From NCBI RefSeq assembly GCF_000150275.1, contig NW_002060947.1:8216043-8280042 (forward strand): a stretch of DNA of 64,000 nt. Reading direction: 5' to 3'. A program made the translations under genes and the position numbers. How positions within the stretch are numbered: the first letter of the stretch is position 1; each line of letters opens with the position of its first letter. Below the pieces are notes generated by a model. It saw only the letters and a program-made list of their open reading frames with translations, ran no database searches and had not been told where the DNA came from. Below are positions 26,979-39,838 of the stretch, piece by piece. The DNA comes from Trichoplax adhaerens (Eukaryota > Animalia > Placozoa).

Positions 26979-29900
26979 ATGTTAATAGGCTTCCGAAAAA
27001 TTTCACTTCGATCATGCCTTGCACTTCGTGTAATAGCTGTTAATGGAATTGTAAACCAATCGACAGCAGTTGGGAATTTAGACCATAAACCAAATGGTAA
27101 TAATGAATCTGTCGAAGTGAAGCCATTCAGTGAAATACCTGGACCCAAGGGTTTACCCTTGATTGGCTCTTTACTGACTGTACTTAAAAATGATGGATAT
27201 TATATAAAGAAAACACATTTATACATGATTATGAATGCTAAAAAATATGGTCGAATCCATAAAGATAAAATGGGTAATTTCGAGTACGTGCTTGTGTATA
27301 AACCAGAAGATGTTGCTAAATTATATCAAGCTGAGGGAAGATCACCTTATCGAGGTCCTTCTGTACCATAGACTACTTATAGAGAACAGAGAAAGAAAGC
27401 TAAAGGTCTTTTAATTAGGTTAGTGAGGAATCATTGCGATAACAATAGATCGAACTTGCAATACTGGCCTTATGGATTAATATTCCTTCAGTGACTACTG
27501 TAATAGTATCATTTGCTGTCAATGTTTATTTTAAAAGGAAAATCGTACTCTATGGTAAGTATGGTACTATTTTAAGTAAATTATTTGCTTTCTTCCCTCT
27601 ATATGCATATTATCTATCCGGTGCAACGAAACAGTTCATAGGCAAGTAAAACGTTTAATTCTGTTTACTTTCTTACTATACGCGTAGCGAAGGGGAAGAG
27701 TGGCGAAGATTTAGAAGCATTTTGGATAAAAAGCTTTTAAAAGTCAAAGATGTTAGTGCATACAGTGGTAGAATGAATGATGTCATTACGGATTTAATCA
27801 ACTATTTAACTAAGAAACAACTGGAAGATGACCTAAATGGAGAAATCAGCAATCTGAGAGACTGCTTATACAAATGGTCTTTTGAAAGTAAGGATTAAGA
27901 TTCTGTTCATTTATTGATATTGAAAGTTACAATCAGTATTTACCAAATAAGTCTATATTAAATCTTTCTAATATCTTTTGCACTACGCGTACATTGACTT
28001 GAAAATTCGCTTCTTAATACTGAAGAGATGCTCAATTTTATAAGGCAAACGTATATTCTATACTACTGTAAATCCTTAATTTACAGAACATAGATTGTTT
28101 GCAAATTGCCACTATACGAAATATTCAAGCAGCAGTAATGATGAATAAGAGCGATGAGAGACAGCCTATACTTGCTGTCAAATCGAATTCTGTAGTGAAT
28201 TTGTAACAATGCATGCACACTCCATCAATATTCGATAGAAATGATTAAATAGTGTTTATACAATGCTCCAGATTGATAAATTTATTATTTTTATACTGAT
28301 AGCTGCTATTATACACGAAATTGCGTAGAGGTGATAGACTCATAGTACAACTGAAGCGAATATACGTATAGTACTAATGTGATTGGTATCTTTAATTTAT
28401 TACTACTTTAGCTATTGGCACTATTCTATATAATAAAAGGCTTGGAACGCTTCAAGATCCTCCTAATCCCATTGCTGAAAAATTTTATCATAGTGTATGT
28501 TTAATGTTTGAACAAAGTAACGATCTGGCACCAATACCTCCATATTATAAGTATTTTAAAACTAAATATTGGAAAGATTATTGCCAACTCTGGGATACGA
28601 TGTTTGAGATTGCAGAGCAACTCATCAATGAAGAACACCAGAGACTGCAACAAATTATGCAGGATATCGCTGATAAATCAGTTGACCTTCGTCGCAGTGA
28701 AGAATTAGAATTTTTACCTTATGTTCTTTTACGAGGAGAATTAAATTCTGATGAAATCGTAGGAAATATTATAGATTTGATGATTGCGGCAGTAGACACG
28801 GTAATATTACGCTCTCATAGAGTTTTATAAAGAGATTGCAATATGATTTATAGACTTTATTATATTATAGACGTCAATTTTATCAATCTAAAAATTATTA
28901 GCCATTGTAAGCTTAATGCATACACGGTACTGTATGTAGTAAAGCTTTTGAATTTTAATTAAATTCGACGATAGCCTTTACTTGTAATGGTATAATTTTT
29001 AATTGCTCTATTGTATCCCTACAGTCGGCCAATACAATGCTGTGGACTTTATACATATTGGGAAAAAATCCTGAAATACAAGAAAAGTTATACCAAGAAG
29101 TAAGCAATGTATTAAAGAAAGGGGAATATCCAGATAGTGGAGCTATTCAAAAGATGTCTTACTTAAGAGCCCTAATAAAAGAAACTCAACGGTATGTGTA
29201 AATAACATGAACATACGCGTATTGCACTTCAAGATAAACGCAGTAATTCTAATATGAACGTCTCGAATGAATCTTCAACAATCATAGCATGTATCCAATC
29301 CTCCCTGGTGTACCTCGCTTCATTGACACGGATATAGTCCTTGCTGGATATCGAATTCCCGCTAATGTATGTTAACTTATGAGCGTACGCAAGATTGATA
29401 GAATACTGTAAAATATCGCGCTATATCCAGAATTTGATATTTATTAGTAGCCCAGTTCTTTAACAAGAGTTTGTACTAACTAAATGTCAATAATGAACTT
29501 TGTTAATCGTATTCACATGAATCTGACGATTAATATGTTTTCTATTCAATATTTGGTATAATTAGTATTTTCATTTATTTCCACGCTAATAGTTTCTATG
29601 ATTACGCCATACTTGCTTAGACTAGGATAATGGCTGGATTTTGTGTAATGTCTTGTGATGAATCGATTTTCGATGAACCGACAAAGTTTAAACCAGAGCG
29701 ATGGATTAGGTCGCCCTCCAAAAGGCGTTTAGACCCATATATTTATACAGCATTTAGTTTTGGGCCTAGGATGTGCATTGGTAGACGCGTAGCGGAATTG
29801 CAAATGCAGCTACTGATAGCAAGGGTAAGCTACCGTAGTTTAAGGGGGTATACAAGTGCATCATTACCAATAGCTATACCATAGGGAGTATACAAGTGCA

Positions 29901-30154
29901 TCCTTACCAATAGCTATATTAAATGCCTATTTTACATAAACTATGGGATTTTTATTTGACTTATGACTTATTGCAAAGGTATCATACAGTATTTCTAATT
30001 TATGCTTATGGTCCTATTTTGAACGGTATGTGTATAGTTAATTTCTCAATTTCGCGTGGAATGCCGAAACACTGGTGAAGTTGGCCAGATAATTAGAACG
30101 GTAGCTTCCCCAGAGACGGATATTCGAATTGCTTTAGAACCAAGAATCAACTAG
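26979..30154 (+). pseudogene. Mitochondrial-clan P450 (CYP-D), fully intact 7-exon structure except one in-frame TAG at 27369-27371
   Basis: Exons 26979-27418, 27688-27887, 28412-28800, 29025-29191, 29288-29366, 29621-29824, 30038-30154, the same sizes as CYP-A/B, with all motifs present (AAVDT, KETQR, PERW, FSFGPRMCIG). 'cca TAG' replaces Pro-TGG (Trp) found in the three paralogs. Confidence 0.8.
29841..29918. repeat. 40-bp tandem duplication in CYP-D intron 6
   Basis: gtatacaagtgcatc(a/c)ttaccaatagctata occurs twice. Confidence 0.9.
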
Positions 30155-31665
30155 ATATTTCGAATAGGATGTATCAGCATATGCGTACTTGTAGGTGGTA
30201 TTGACTAGATATTAAGAACTATGTGCCAATTTATTCGCTGTTTTAATTTGTAAACCTATGAAATAGCAACATTCTCTGATGTCTCTGTGCAAATGTTATA
30301 GTGATATGATAAAATTGTAACTTATAGTTCATGCTATTTATTTATTGCCAACCAATATCGCCTAAATAAATGATCTTGCGAGCATTATGAATTATGCTAG
30401 TGGAATGTTCCGTTGGTTTTACTTTGCGTCTAAGCATTGATCTTATAACGTATAAATTGATGCCATTGATTCATTCACGGTCTATATAACATGATTTCAA
30501 TCTTGCTTGAAAATTGGCATAATGCAATCATATCAAGTCAAAAAGATCGCTGAATATCAATGCCATATTTTTTAGGTTATGATATGTATTAGACTACTAT
30601 GCTCTCGCGTTTATTTTGTTGTCCTGCGGTATTAATAATAATGTGATCATGCTAATCATTGATTATCAAGTTGTTATGGAGTAAAGTGCTTTGGTTAAGT
30701 TTTGCAAATGCGATACTGTGATTGTAGCTGCAAGGTGAGCTCTACTTGGCTTGCTGACTTCTTGCTTACTTCAAAGCTTTGTACAGTTTCATGAGTCGAT
30801 TGGATGCATGATCAAGGCGAGATATCCTTTCACTAAAGCAACATGTCTAGCTGTAAATGCTGTTTTAATCTGTATCAATTCTTATTATGTTAGAGGGATA
30901 CCGGTAGAACTATATCTATACTACACCAATCGTTCGAGAAGATTGTACCAGATCACTAATTGTGTTTTATGCTAATACTAATTAATAATTCACATTAGAA
31001 CTAGAGCTATCATGATCGATATTGACCCTTCAGATATTTACTGCTCAGCCTTGGCTAAGTCAACGCGGACTTGCGAGAAGAAAGTACCTAGTCTAGCAGA
31101 TTAGAACTGCCAGTAAGCTTTCAACAATATTACTTCTATAACTTATGATGCTTCTATTGACTTATATTATATTGGGCATTATATTATATTGACTTTTATT
31201 ACTCGTGACCGAATAAAAAGAAGCCATAGTACTCTTCCATTATGATCGATATTAAACTTGATTCTATGCGCAAAACAAGGTTACCAACATAGGCGACTGT
31301 ACCATGGAAGAGGACTTTTTATTTCCTGGCTAAGTTCCTTGCTGGACTATTCTTCCTGTTAGCAGTCCAGAACTCAGTATTGTTAGTTGTTGACAAACTA
31401 GTGACTATGAAAGCTTTTGCTTGGTATTCTAACTTGAGGTACTGCACTGCAATCCTATCGGAAGGCAAAGTTAACAGACGCAACTGCCATTGCAGCCTGT
31501 TTTATTTATTTACCCTAGATTCCTAAACTACTGCTAATCCTTTATGTTTGCGGATTTGATCGATCAATTAGCGTTAATACATGACATCGACCGCAATTGG
31601 TGAAATCAAGTGATTGCCATTCATCGCAGTTTCATAACGGATTGATCGAACGGTAGACAGATGAC

Positions 31666-34600
31666 ATGATGGCAGATGATAGACTGCTGGTAAACCATTC
31701 CTCGCTTGCGAAAGAAGGAATCATGACATCATCAATAAAGTCCATCGGTACGTCTCTTTTAAAAATGGATCAAATTCCTTTCACTCTTCGATCGATAGCG
31801 TGGAGTCATTATAGGATCATTAGAAATGATGATCGATGCAGTGAGAAAGATAGCTTATGATTATCACACAGCGGTTGGGCTCGGCTGGGCTGAAAGTGGC
31901 CCATGAGGATGGATATGCTGTATGCCAACAGTTTACTGTACTTGAATGGATGTTTCAGTCCAAGTTTGCAACTTACTTTCCAATTTTTGTCTTACTTACA
32001 CAGCCATAACAATGGCTGCCTGTGAAAACCCCCATTTGTCTACCTTCTATCGACCCAAAGATTGATATTGCGTTCCAATTTTTCTTCGCTATCTGTCTTA
32101 CACAGTCATGACAACGACTGCCAGGTAGCTTATGGCACAACCTTAGGGCTCGCCTGGACTGAAAGTGGCCCATGATGATGGATATGCTGTGTGCCAACAG
32201 TTTACTGTGCTTGAATGGATGTTTCAGTCTAAGTCTTTAGCTTACTTTCGAATTTTTATCTATCTTGCACAGCCATAACAATGACTGCCTCTGGACAACC
32301 CCCATTTTTCTACCGTGTGTAGACCCAAAGATTGATATTGCTTTCCTGTTTGTCTTCGCTATCTATCTTAAACAGTCATGATAACGATTACCAACAATAC
32401 CTTCCCCCTTTTTATACCTTCAAGGACTACTACCAGAAAGTCTTGTAGCAGTCCATAGCATACTTAGAACTAGATCATTTGTGCTAGTTTTGGATGTTGA
32501 GAGATTAAAATTACAGTCGTGCTATCGTAAGGATACTCTTTTCTTCAAGGTTATAGTACGATCAACGTCTGTTACTCGTCAATGAATCTGTCATCAACGT
32601 CGATTTGTCTGCATACAGTACTACTTATGATATTAGATAAAGCCAATTATAATCGTGTTATCGATAAGAGACATCCAATTTCATTTTCTTTCCTTGTGTA
32701 TAATCATATACGTAGTCTATTTGTAGAGGTAAATAACGATAGTGCCAATGACTGTATTATAGGTAATGCAACGAATTATAACAGTGGCTCCCATCATGAA
32801 GATAATTTAGCAACCCATCGACTACGCCATTCTATCAGCAACACAACCAACTCGAATCTAAAGATCCATCAACTTTTGAAAACAGGTTATGGCATGGATA
32901 TAACCCCAGGACAAAGGAAATTTGGACCGCCATCTGATTGGCAAGGTCCTCCTCCACAGGATTGTGAGGTAATGACTTGATATTGCAATAATTACAACAT
33001 AATTACCTGATCAAGTGGCTTTTACATTTACTTGTACTATAAACTGGAACTCATGTTGACTCAAGTGTTAAAGCCAGGCATTTGTACCAACCCATAAACT
33101 AATCTGATGGACTGCATTAGTATCATTGACCAACAGATGATCGATGGCTAAATTATACAGTATAAATTGTGCAAAATTGCTCTATAGCAGCCAGTTTCGA
33201 TAAATATTGCCATCACCTATGTTCTACTATAGCAGTTATGATCTATCACTAAAGTATTCCGTGTATTATAACGGGCCTAAAATATTGGCGATCATTTAGC
33301 ATGACTTACAACTGCAATATACAGTATACTGTTTATTTTTGTCTGCAGTGATGAAAGGCAATAACTTGATTCAGTAATTGATTCTACTGCTTGTGATATT
33401 ATTGTAGACTAATAAATTAATAAGGTTACAATGATAATCATACCCTACTTATAGATTTACATCGGTAAAATACCTCATGATGCCTTGGAAGATGAATTAA
33501 TACCGCTTTTGCAAACTTGTGGTAAAATCTACGAATTACGATTAATGATCGATCCTGCTAGTGGACACAATCGTGGCTACGCATTTCTTTCGTATACAAC
33601 GAAAGAAGCTGCCAACCAATGTGTCCGCAGATATCATGGTTACTCGATACGAAAGGATAAACCATTAACTGTAATACATTCGACACCGAACGTTAGACTA
33701 TTTATTAGCCCAATACCCAAGTATATGAATAAAGAAGAAATTTATAATAAATTTAGCAAGTTATCGGATGGTTTAACTGAAGTCATTGTCTATCCTGATC
33801 CTGACGCAAAAGATAAAATTCGTGGATTTGCATTCCTTGAATATGTCGACCATAAAGCTGCTACCTACGCTCGGCGTAAACTGATCACAGATACGGTTAG
33901 TTTATCTGGCAAGGTGATTAATGTTGAATGGGCTGAATCCTCTAAAGAACCAAAAGACCATGTTGTAGGTAATAAGGTACTGTATATGTTCACACTGTCA
34001 ATAACATCGAAGCTCTACAGAACTACCTTCAATCACCATTTTTTTTTTTTATTACTTAGAGCTGATCGATTACGTCATACTAAGTAAATGAATGTTCTAA
34101 ATCTGTTTTCCTTCTATTATATCAATCGATTCTAATTCGTCGATATTCTAATTCTAATTCGATATACATACTATTATTATTTTGTTATTAGGTAAAAGAA
34201 GTCTATTGTGGTAATATCGCAGAGCATATTACTGAAGATACCTTAAACACTGCCTTCCTTCAATATGGCTCTATTGAACGTATCAAGAAGTTACACGATT
34301 ACGCTTTCATTTGCTTTGCTTCTAGGGAATCAGCCTTAAAGGCGATTGAAGGTGTTCGTGGTACGGTTATTAACGGTTGCAAGGTTGATGTCCAGCTCGC
34401 TAAGGGACCAGTCAGGAAAGAAAAGCCTTTAGGAAAGTCATCAAGTCGTGTAAGAAATAGAAGTAGCGTAAGCATGAATAAAAAAAATGCTAGCGTAATT
34501 ACCCCATTAATGGCATCGATACCGCATCATCGTGATAAAGCAAAGCATGTTATTCCGGATGTAATGAGTGGAAGTCACTCTACAACAAGGAATTACGATG

Positions 34601-35292
34601 AGAGCAAAGATTATGGTCCCAAGAATTGTTCCTATGACTTTAAGCCTTCCAAATCAATGGATACTCAAGCAGGATATTTTGACGACAGTAGGATTATTAG
34701 ATATGATCATTACAGCACGAGTCAAAACAGCCCGAGAATGCCATCAGACATAGGTAGTCTTAATCGAAATCGCATACAGGTACATGCTCACAATGGAGGT
34801 AACCAAGTTTTGGACTATTCTAACAGGATTTGGCATAAAGCTAGTCAATCCTACGAGTATAATCGTAATAATGTAAGTGCTCGATCTGGCAATCAACCCC
34901 AACCGCTGATTCCATCACTATCTCCTATTAAAAAGCGTAAACGAGACTGCAGAGAATCCTATCAACACGATATTCATTTAAATGCCAACAAGCGATCCAT
35001 TGGAAGTCCTTCTCAACCTCCATTACTTACTAAAATAACTAAAAATAAGTCTTATCATCGAGAAAATAACGATAAAAAATTTCTCAATGGACGATTTTCT
35101 CAGGATGGCCAACTCCCTAGATCAACAACACAGACTTCTCATCCAAATCATGCAAACTCGGGTATTGGCCACAATATTACTAATCAGCGAAAACCACCAT
35201 CCATTATGCAACACTTACAGAAAGTTGATCGTGAACAAAGTAAAATCACGAAGAATATTGTGCCATTATTTGCCAGGCTTCCGATACCTTAG
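31666..35292 (+). CDS. Triple-RRM RNA-binding protein of the hnRNP R/Q (SYNCRIP)-A1CF/RBM46/RBM47 family
   Basis: Exons: tentative 31666-31747; 32727 (or 32763)-32968; 33455-33976; 34192-35292. Motifs TGYGMDITPGQRKFG, IYIGKIPHD..EDELIPL, NRGYAF, RGFAFLEYVDHKAA..ARRKL, IERIKKLHDYAF, followed by a long low-complexity tail. The first exon is inferred from phase-1 compatibility only. Confidence 0.85.
31851..32393. repeat. ~270-bp tandem duplication (probably within RRM-gene intron 1)
   Basis: gaaagtggcccatga at 31892 and 32161; colinear similarity over the whole unit, each with an internal acag(c/t)cat(a/g)a sub-repeat. Confidence 0.92.
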
Positions 35293-36524
35293 CCTTGGCG
35301 TGATAGTTATTTATTTCAGATAAAAATTTACCGCACATGTTAAATTACCTTTTCTAGGATAAAATATTATTTGTATGTCTACTAAGAGCAGCGGTCAATA
35401 ATATTTATAACGTTGAAAATAGCTTTAAACCATTCAAGAGCGGAATAAAGAATAAAGTTTAGCTCTAATTTATTATCGAAGTAAATTATAGATCATCACT
35501 AACCAGTTGAAATGTGTTGTCAATGATCAAGCTGTGTTTGATCGTTTAGATAATGTATTAATTTCAATGTGAATGAGCGGGCTATTAATACTCTATTCGC
35601 TTATTGAATAAAATCTTTTATTTATGTATGTTTTGCGTGCCTTCTACCCTTGTCATCGGGCTTAATTAATTTATTTGTTTATAGAGTTTTTCGATAATAA
35701 AATTATATCGACATATTATTAGCAAAAGTAACTATGACTATTGATCAATGCGTTTGTTTTATTAAAATTCACAAATTTTCTAACATTAAAAGACAAACAT
35801 ATCATCGATAATTTAATAAAAGATCACATTCACGTAATATCTAGCAAATCCGTAATTTATAAAGAAACATAAATATTATTATCTTAGTAATTAATTGATT
35901 TAATCCACATTCTCATTCTATACGGATCACTAATGGAATTACATAGCATAACAATCATCTTCTAGTATTTGAGCTTAAAGTTCATTGATCAATCCATTTT
36001 AAGAATGGTCAAAGTTACTTGTAATGGCTTGAATGTTGATGAAAACAATATTATTGTACAACGATAACAAATTTGACAACTCCATCGGTGCTTCCAGTAT
36101 CCAATAAGCAAAGAAATAACATACGATAGATTGCATTATCAGAAATATTCAAGCGTTTTATTCTTTCTATAAATTAACGTCCTTCTGAAATCAATTGTTC
36201 ATAGATGTCATATTTGATTACTTAATCCAAAATTATTTAGTTTTATTGGAGACTAACTATAAACTAACGGTGAATAAGCCAAATTCAAGTTAACGTTGCT
36301 ATATAAAGTATTTATGTCCACTCGTAATTAATTATGCTATAAAAGAGGGCAATAGTTCTATAGCATATCATGAACGAGATAATAGATCTCACTAAATAAG
36401 TATCAAATAGATTTCTAATTGTTCTTTAAGATACCTGGAAAAACAGAACAAAGAAAACCTGGCTAATTATTAATTAAATTTCATCAATTATTAGCCGTCT
36501 AAATTTCGTCGATGACAACATATG

Positions 36525-36532
36525 TATAAATA
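36525..36532 (+). promoter_or_regulatory. Candidate TATA box of the lipase gene
   Basis: TATAAATA ~60 nt upstream of ATG 36589; weak evidence in AT-rich DNA. Confidence 0.3.
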
Positions 36533-36588
36533 AGCCATCAAGTAAAGTTTTTCTTTCATCGATCTGGATGACCTAAAAATTACGGAAA

Positions 36589-37563
36589 ATGGCTACAAAA
36601 TTGACTGATATCTATCTGATGTTACTTTTAACCTTAGTTAGCCACATAAATGGTGAAATCAGTCCTAACGATGCTATTCTTTCGGAACATTTTCAAACTT
36701 GGTTAGATAGTCGTGGTTATAAAGATGAGAATTTCGCTCGAGATAAAGGTTTTAGTTTTGGCGGTTGCACTTCTGATTCCGACAAATTTCATCAAATTCC
36801 GATTATTTTCGTACATGGAAACAGTGATAGAGCTGTTGGTAATGCCACAGGACAACGCGGTTGGACCAATTCTATCAATTATTTCCTATCCAAAGGTTAT
36901 AGTCCGTGCGAATTATACGCTATTACTTGGGGACCTGCTGATACTTTACTCTTCTCTCAACAGTATCATTCATGGCCTTACTTACTTCGTGTGCGAAAAT
37001 TTATCGAAGCTGTAAAAGCTTATACAAACTACCCTCAAGTTAATATTATTGCCCATTCTATGGGAGTTACCCTGGCTCGTAAGGCAATTAAAGGTGGCAC
37101 AGGTTATGATGAAGATCATGGCGGTTATTACGATCTTGGTAATCCATTACCTTACGTGGATACATTTATTGGTATTGCCGGTGCAAATTTGGGTATATTT
37201 TCTTGCTTTCTATCGGGTCCAATTACTCCATTTTGTAGTGAACTAAATGGTTTCTATCCGGGTTATAAGGATGAGGGTCTTGGTCCGTATAGTATGTCGG
37301 AATTTTTAACCCAATTAAATTCAGATCCATTTAGAGAAGCTGAATATATCTTTACAATATGGTCAAAAGTTGATGAAGTAATCGGAACTGGCTGTCGAGT
37401 TTACAAGAAAGTAACTAGTCGATGTATAGGACAAAATGATGAAAAATTCTATTCTACAGAACCTTATGGCCATATTGGTGTCAAAGACTTAACTAGCAGT
37501 GTTCAATTTGATATCATTACCAATCACCAAATAAATGCTGGCGTCCAAGATCAGTTCCTTTAG
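36589..37563 (+). CDS. Secreted class-2 lipase (Lipase_2 / nematode LIPS / Bacillus LipA-like), 324 aa, intronless
   Basis: N-terminal signal-like peptide, PIIFVHGNSD, ELYAITWG, AHSMG nucleophile elbow, IGIAGANLG, candidate catalytic Asp (DEVIG) and His (YGHIG). Confidence 0.9.
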   Translation: MATKLTDIYLMLLLTLVSHINGEISPNDAILSEHFQTWLDSRGYKDENFARDKGFSFGGCTSDSDKFHQIPIIFVHGNSDRAVGNATGQRGWTNSINYFLSKGYSPCELYAITWGPADTLLFSQQYHSWPYLLRVRKFIEAVKAYTNYPQVNIIAHSMGVTLARKAIKGGTGYDEDHGGYYDLGNPLPYVDTFIGIAGANLGIFSCFLSGPITPFCSELNGFYPGYKDEGLGPYSMSEFLTQLNSDPFREAEYIFTIWSKVDEVIGTGCRVYKKVTSRCIGQNDEKFYSTEPYGHIGVKDLTSSVQFDIITNHQINAGVQDQFL

Positions 37564-39838
37564 GTCTCATAGAGAAATACAGGTACAATAAAGTAACGTC
37601 AGAATAACAAATTAAGTCTACTTAACAGTACTACCACGAACCCATTTCAGAGTTTCCTCTATTAAACTGCTCCATTGGTATCTCGCTTAAGAAAATTGGT
37701 TTTTAAGTGATAGTAGATTTTAGTTGAAAAGAAATTAGTTTCCTGTAAGAGCCTTTAAAATAGTCTGTAACATCCGCTCTGTCATTGCTCTCGTTCCCGT
37801 TTAACAGTGGTTTAGTAGAAATTTTTTATTACTCATACTGATAACATTCAATGGAAGTGATGATCAAATTGAAAATCAATTTGTTATACATTAGAAATCA
37901 TATTATGAGCTTGAAATAAAGGACAAATATTCTGTTTTCATATTTCCGCTTAGCACTTATTGTGAATTCATGCCAGGGTTACTTTATTGATCTGCTGCCG
38001 CACCTCATCATTAAGATCGAGAAAAAATTTTATTGAGCCAATCCTATTTTCAGCTCGGAAATTTAGCCGTACTTTGTTTGTAAAATCATATTTTAATTAA
38101 TAACAAATCTATCATTCCTATATTGTTTGAGTAGCAGAAGGAATATGAAGGATAATTTCTAGTAGAAGGTTTTATAGCACTGATTATAAGGATACAGATT
38201 AATGTAGTTGATTCGATTTTTAAATTGAAAATCGATTTATAGGTATTAGGAATCACATTATCATTTGCAACATTAGTCCGATTTGCTTTTAAATGTGATT
38301 TTATCTTATCGATCGGCTAGATCGATATTAGATACTCGCATGTAACAGTTTTACGATAATTTCAGAACGATTTCACCATCTTATTAAAATACTATTGAAA
38401 TCTATTTCAAAATATTCAAATCTTTAATCCATTTATTAACAATTACTATAGTTGTGAAATTAAAATAACAACATAAAATATAACTTAGTAGTGTAATTTT
38501 AATCGACATAGTCCAGAAAAAAAGGCATAAGAATTAGCAGTATTGGACTTCAAATTGATTTAGGAGGGCACCTTTAAAGGGCATGCGAAAGCTTAGTTAC
38601 TTCTTTGGGACTAGAAAATCTTAGTTATTACATCTCTATAGCGTCAGACTACAAACGACTATGATTACAAATAAATGCCTAATTAAATATTTTAGCTAAT
38701 TTGAAGAAACTATCCTTTTCTCTATTCTGTCATGATAATATTTATTATTCAAGGTAACGTTACAAATAAATACTTGTACGTAGATATTAATTAATATATA
38801 AGATGTGCACACACATCGAATAGATTTTTCATTTTAATATTGCAGTAGATTCTAGCTTATCTGAAATGATGTTTTATATCAATTTTGTAGTCATAAGGTT
38901 TATTGGTCTACATTCCGTGGAATATTGACATTGGTATTTCTTTATCAAAAGTGACAAAGATTTTAGTTTATCTAAAAAAAGGATATTATTTATTCTCTCA
39001 CAGCAAGATCTATCACACCGTAGTAAAGTCATGGTATCGAGCTACAATTGAAAAGAAATGAAAGGATTAACTTATTTGATTAAGATTAGTTAAACTAGCA
39101 ACTAGATTACAGTTTTGGAGTTGATTAATTCATTCCATTCACAAATTGCTGTACTTTATTGTGGAGGATTTTAACAATAGTGAATAAAATTACCTTAAAT
39201 GCCCATCTTGAATGAATAAAAATCCATTAACGAACATGTATTATTTGAATGATGAACTTCCTAATGTGTTGGTAGACATTAAAGATTCACTTTGTTATAC
39301 AGTAATTACTTTGTTTAAAATTTAGCGTGGATCTCCTTCTTTATTTATCAGCATGATTTAGCAAGGATAAGATAGTATCATGAGACCATCATTAACTAAA
39401 TATAAGATAAATTAACCGTTAAAACTAGTTTCAGTTAAGGTAACGGAAAAATTATTAAGATATTAAATAATTACATAAACTTTAAAGTAATTATTAAACA
39501 TCAAATGAAGAAAATTTTTAACTTTACACAGTAATATGTTATTAGAGATAAGGTTAAACACAATTATAATTTTATAGAATAAAACACCTGACTCTAATTA
39601 TCTTACTTTTTGTTTCAAATTAAAACTTAAAATAGGGAAAAAATACTTTATAAATAAATCAATAGAGATAATTTTAATTAAATAATCTACACCATGTGAA
39701 TAATGTTGGATATTGAACTTATTTAAGTAGATATTATTTTACGAAAATGTTTATATTTGATCTTTCCCGTACCTCGGTCGTAGTTAATTTCCTTCCTTAA
39801 AAAATGGAGAGATGATAGAGACGTAAATTGTTAGGGAA

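Noticed and set aside
27369-35292. Functional link between the A1CF-like RRM gene and repair of the adjacent CYP-D stop codon
   Set aside because: A1CF/RBM47 assist C-to-U editing, which cannot convert UAG to UGG, and adjacency in an animal genome is not evidence of a shared pathway.
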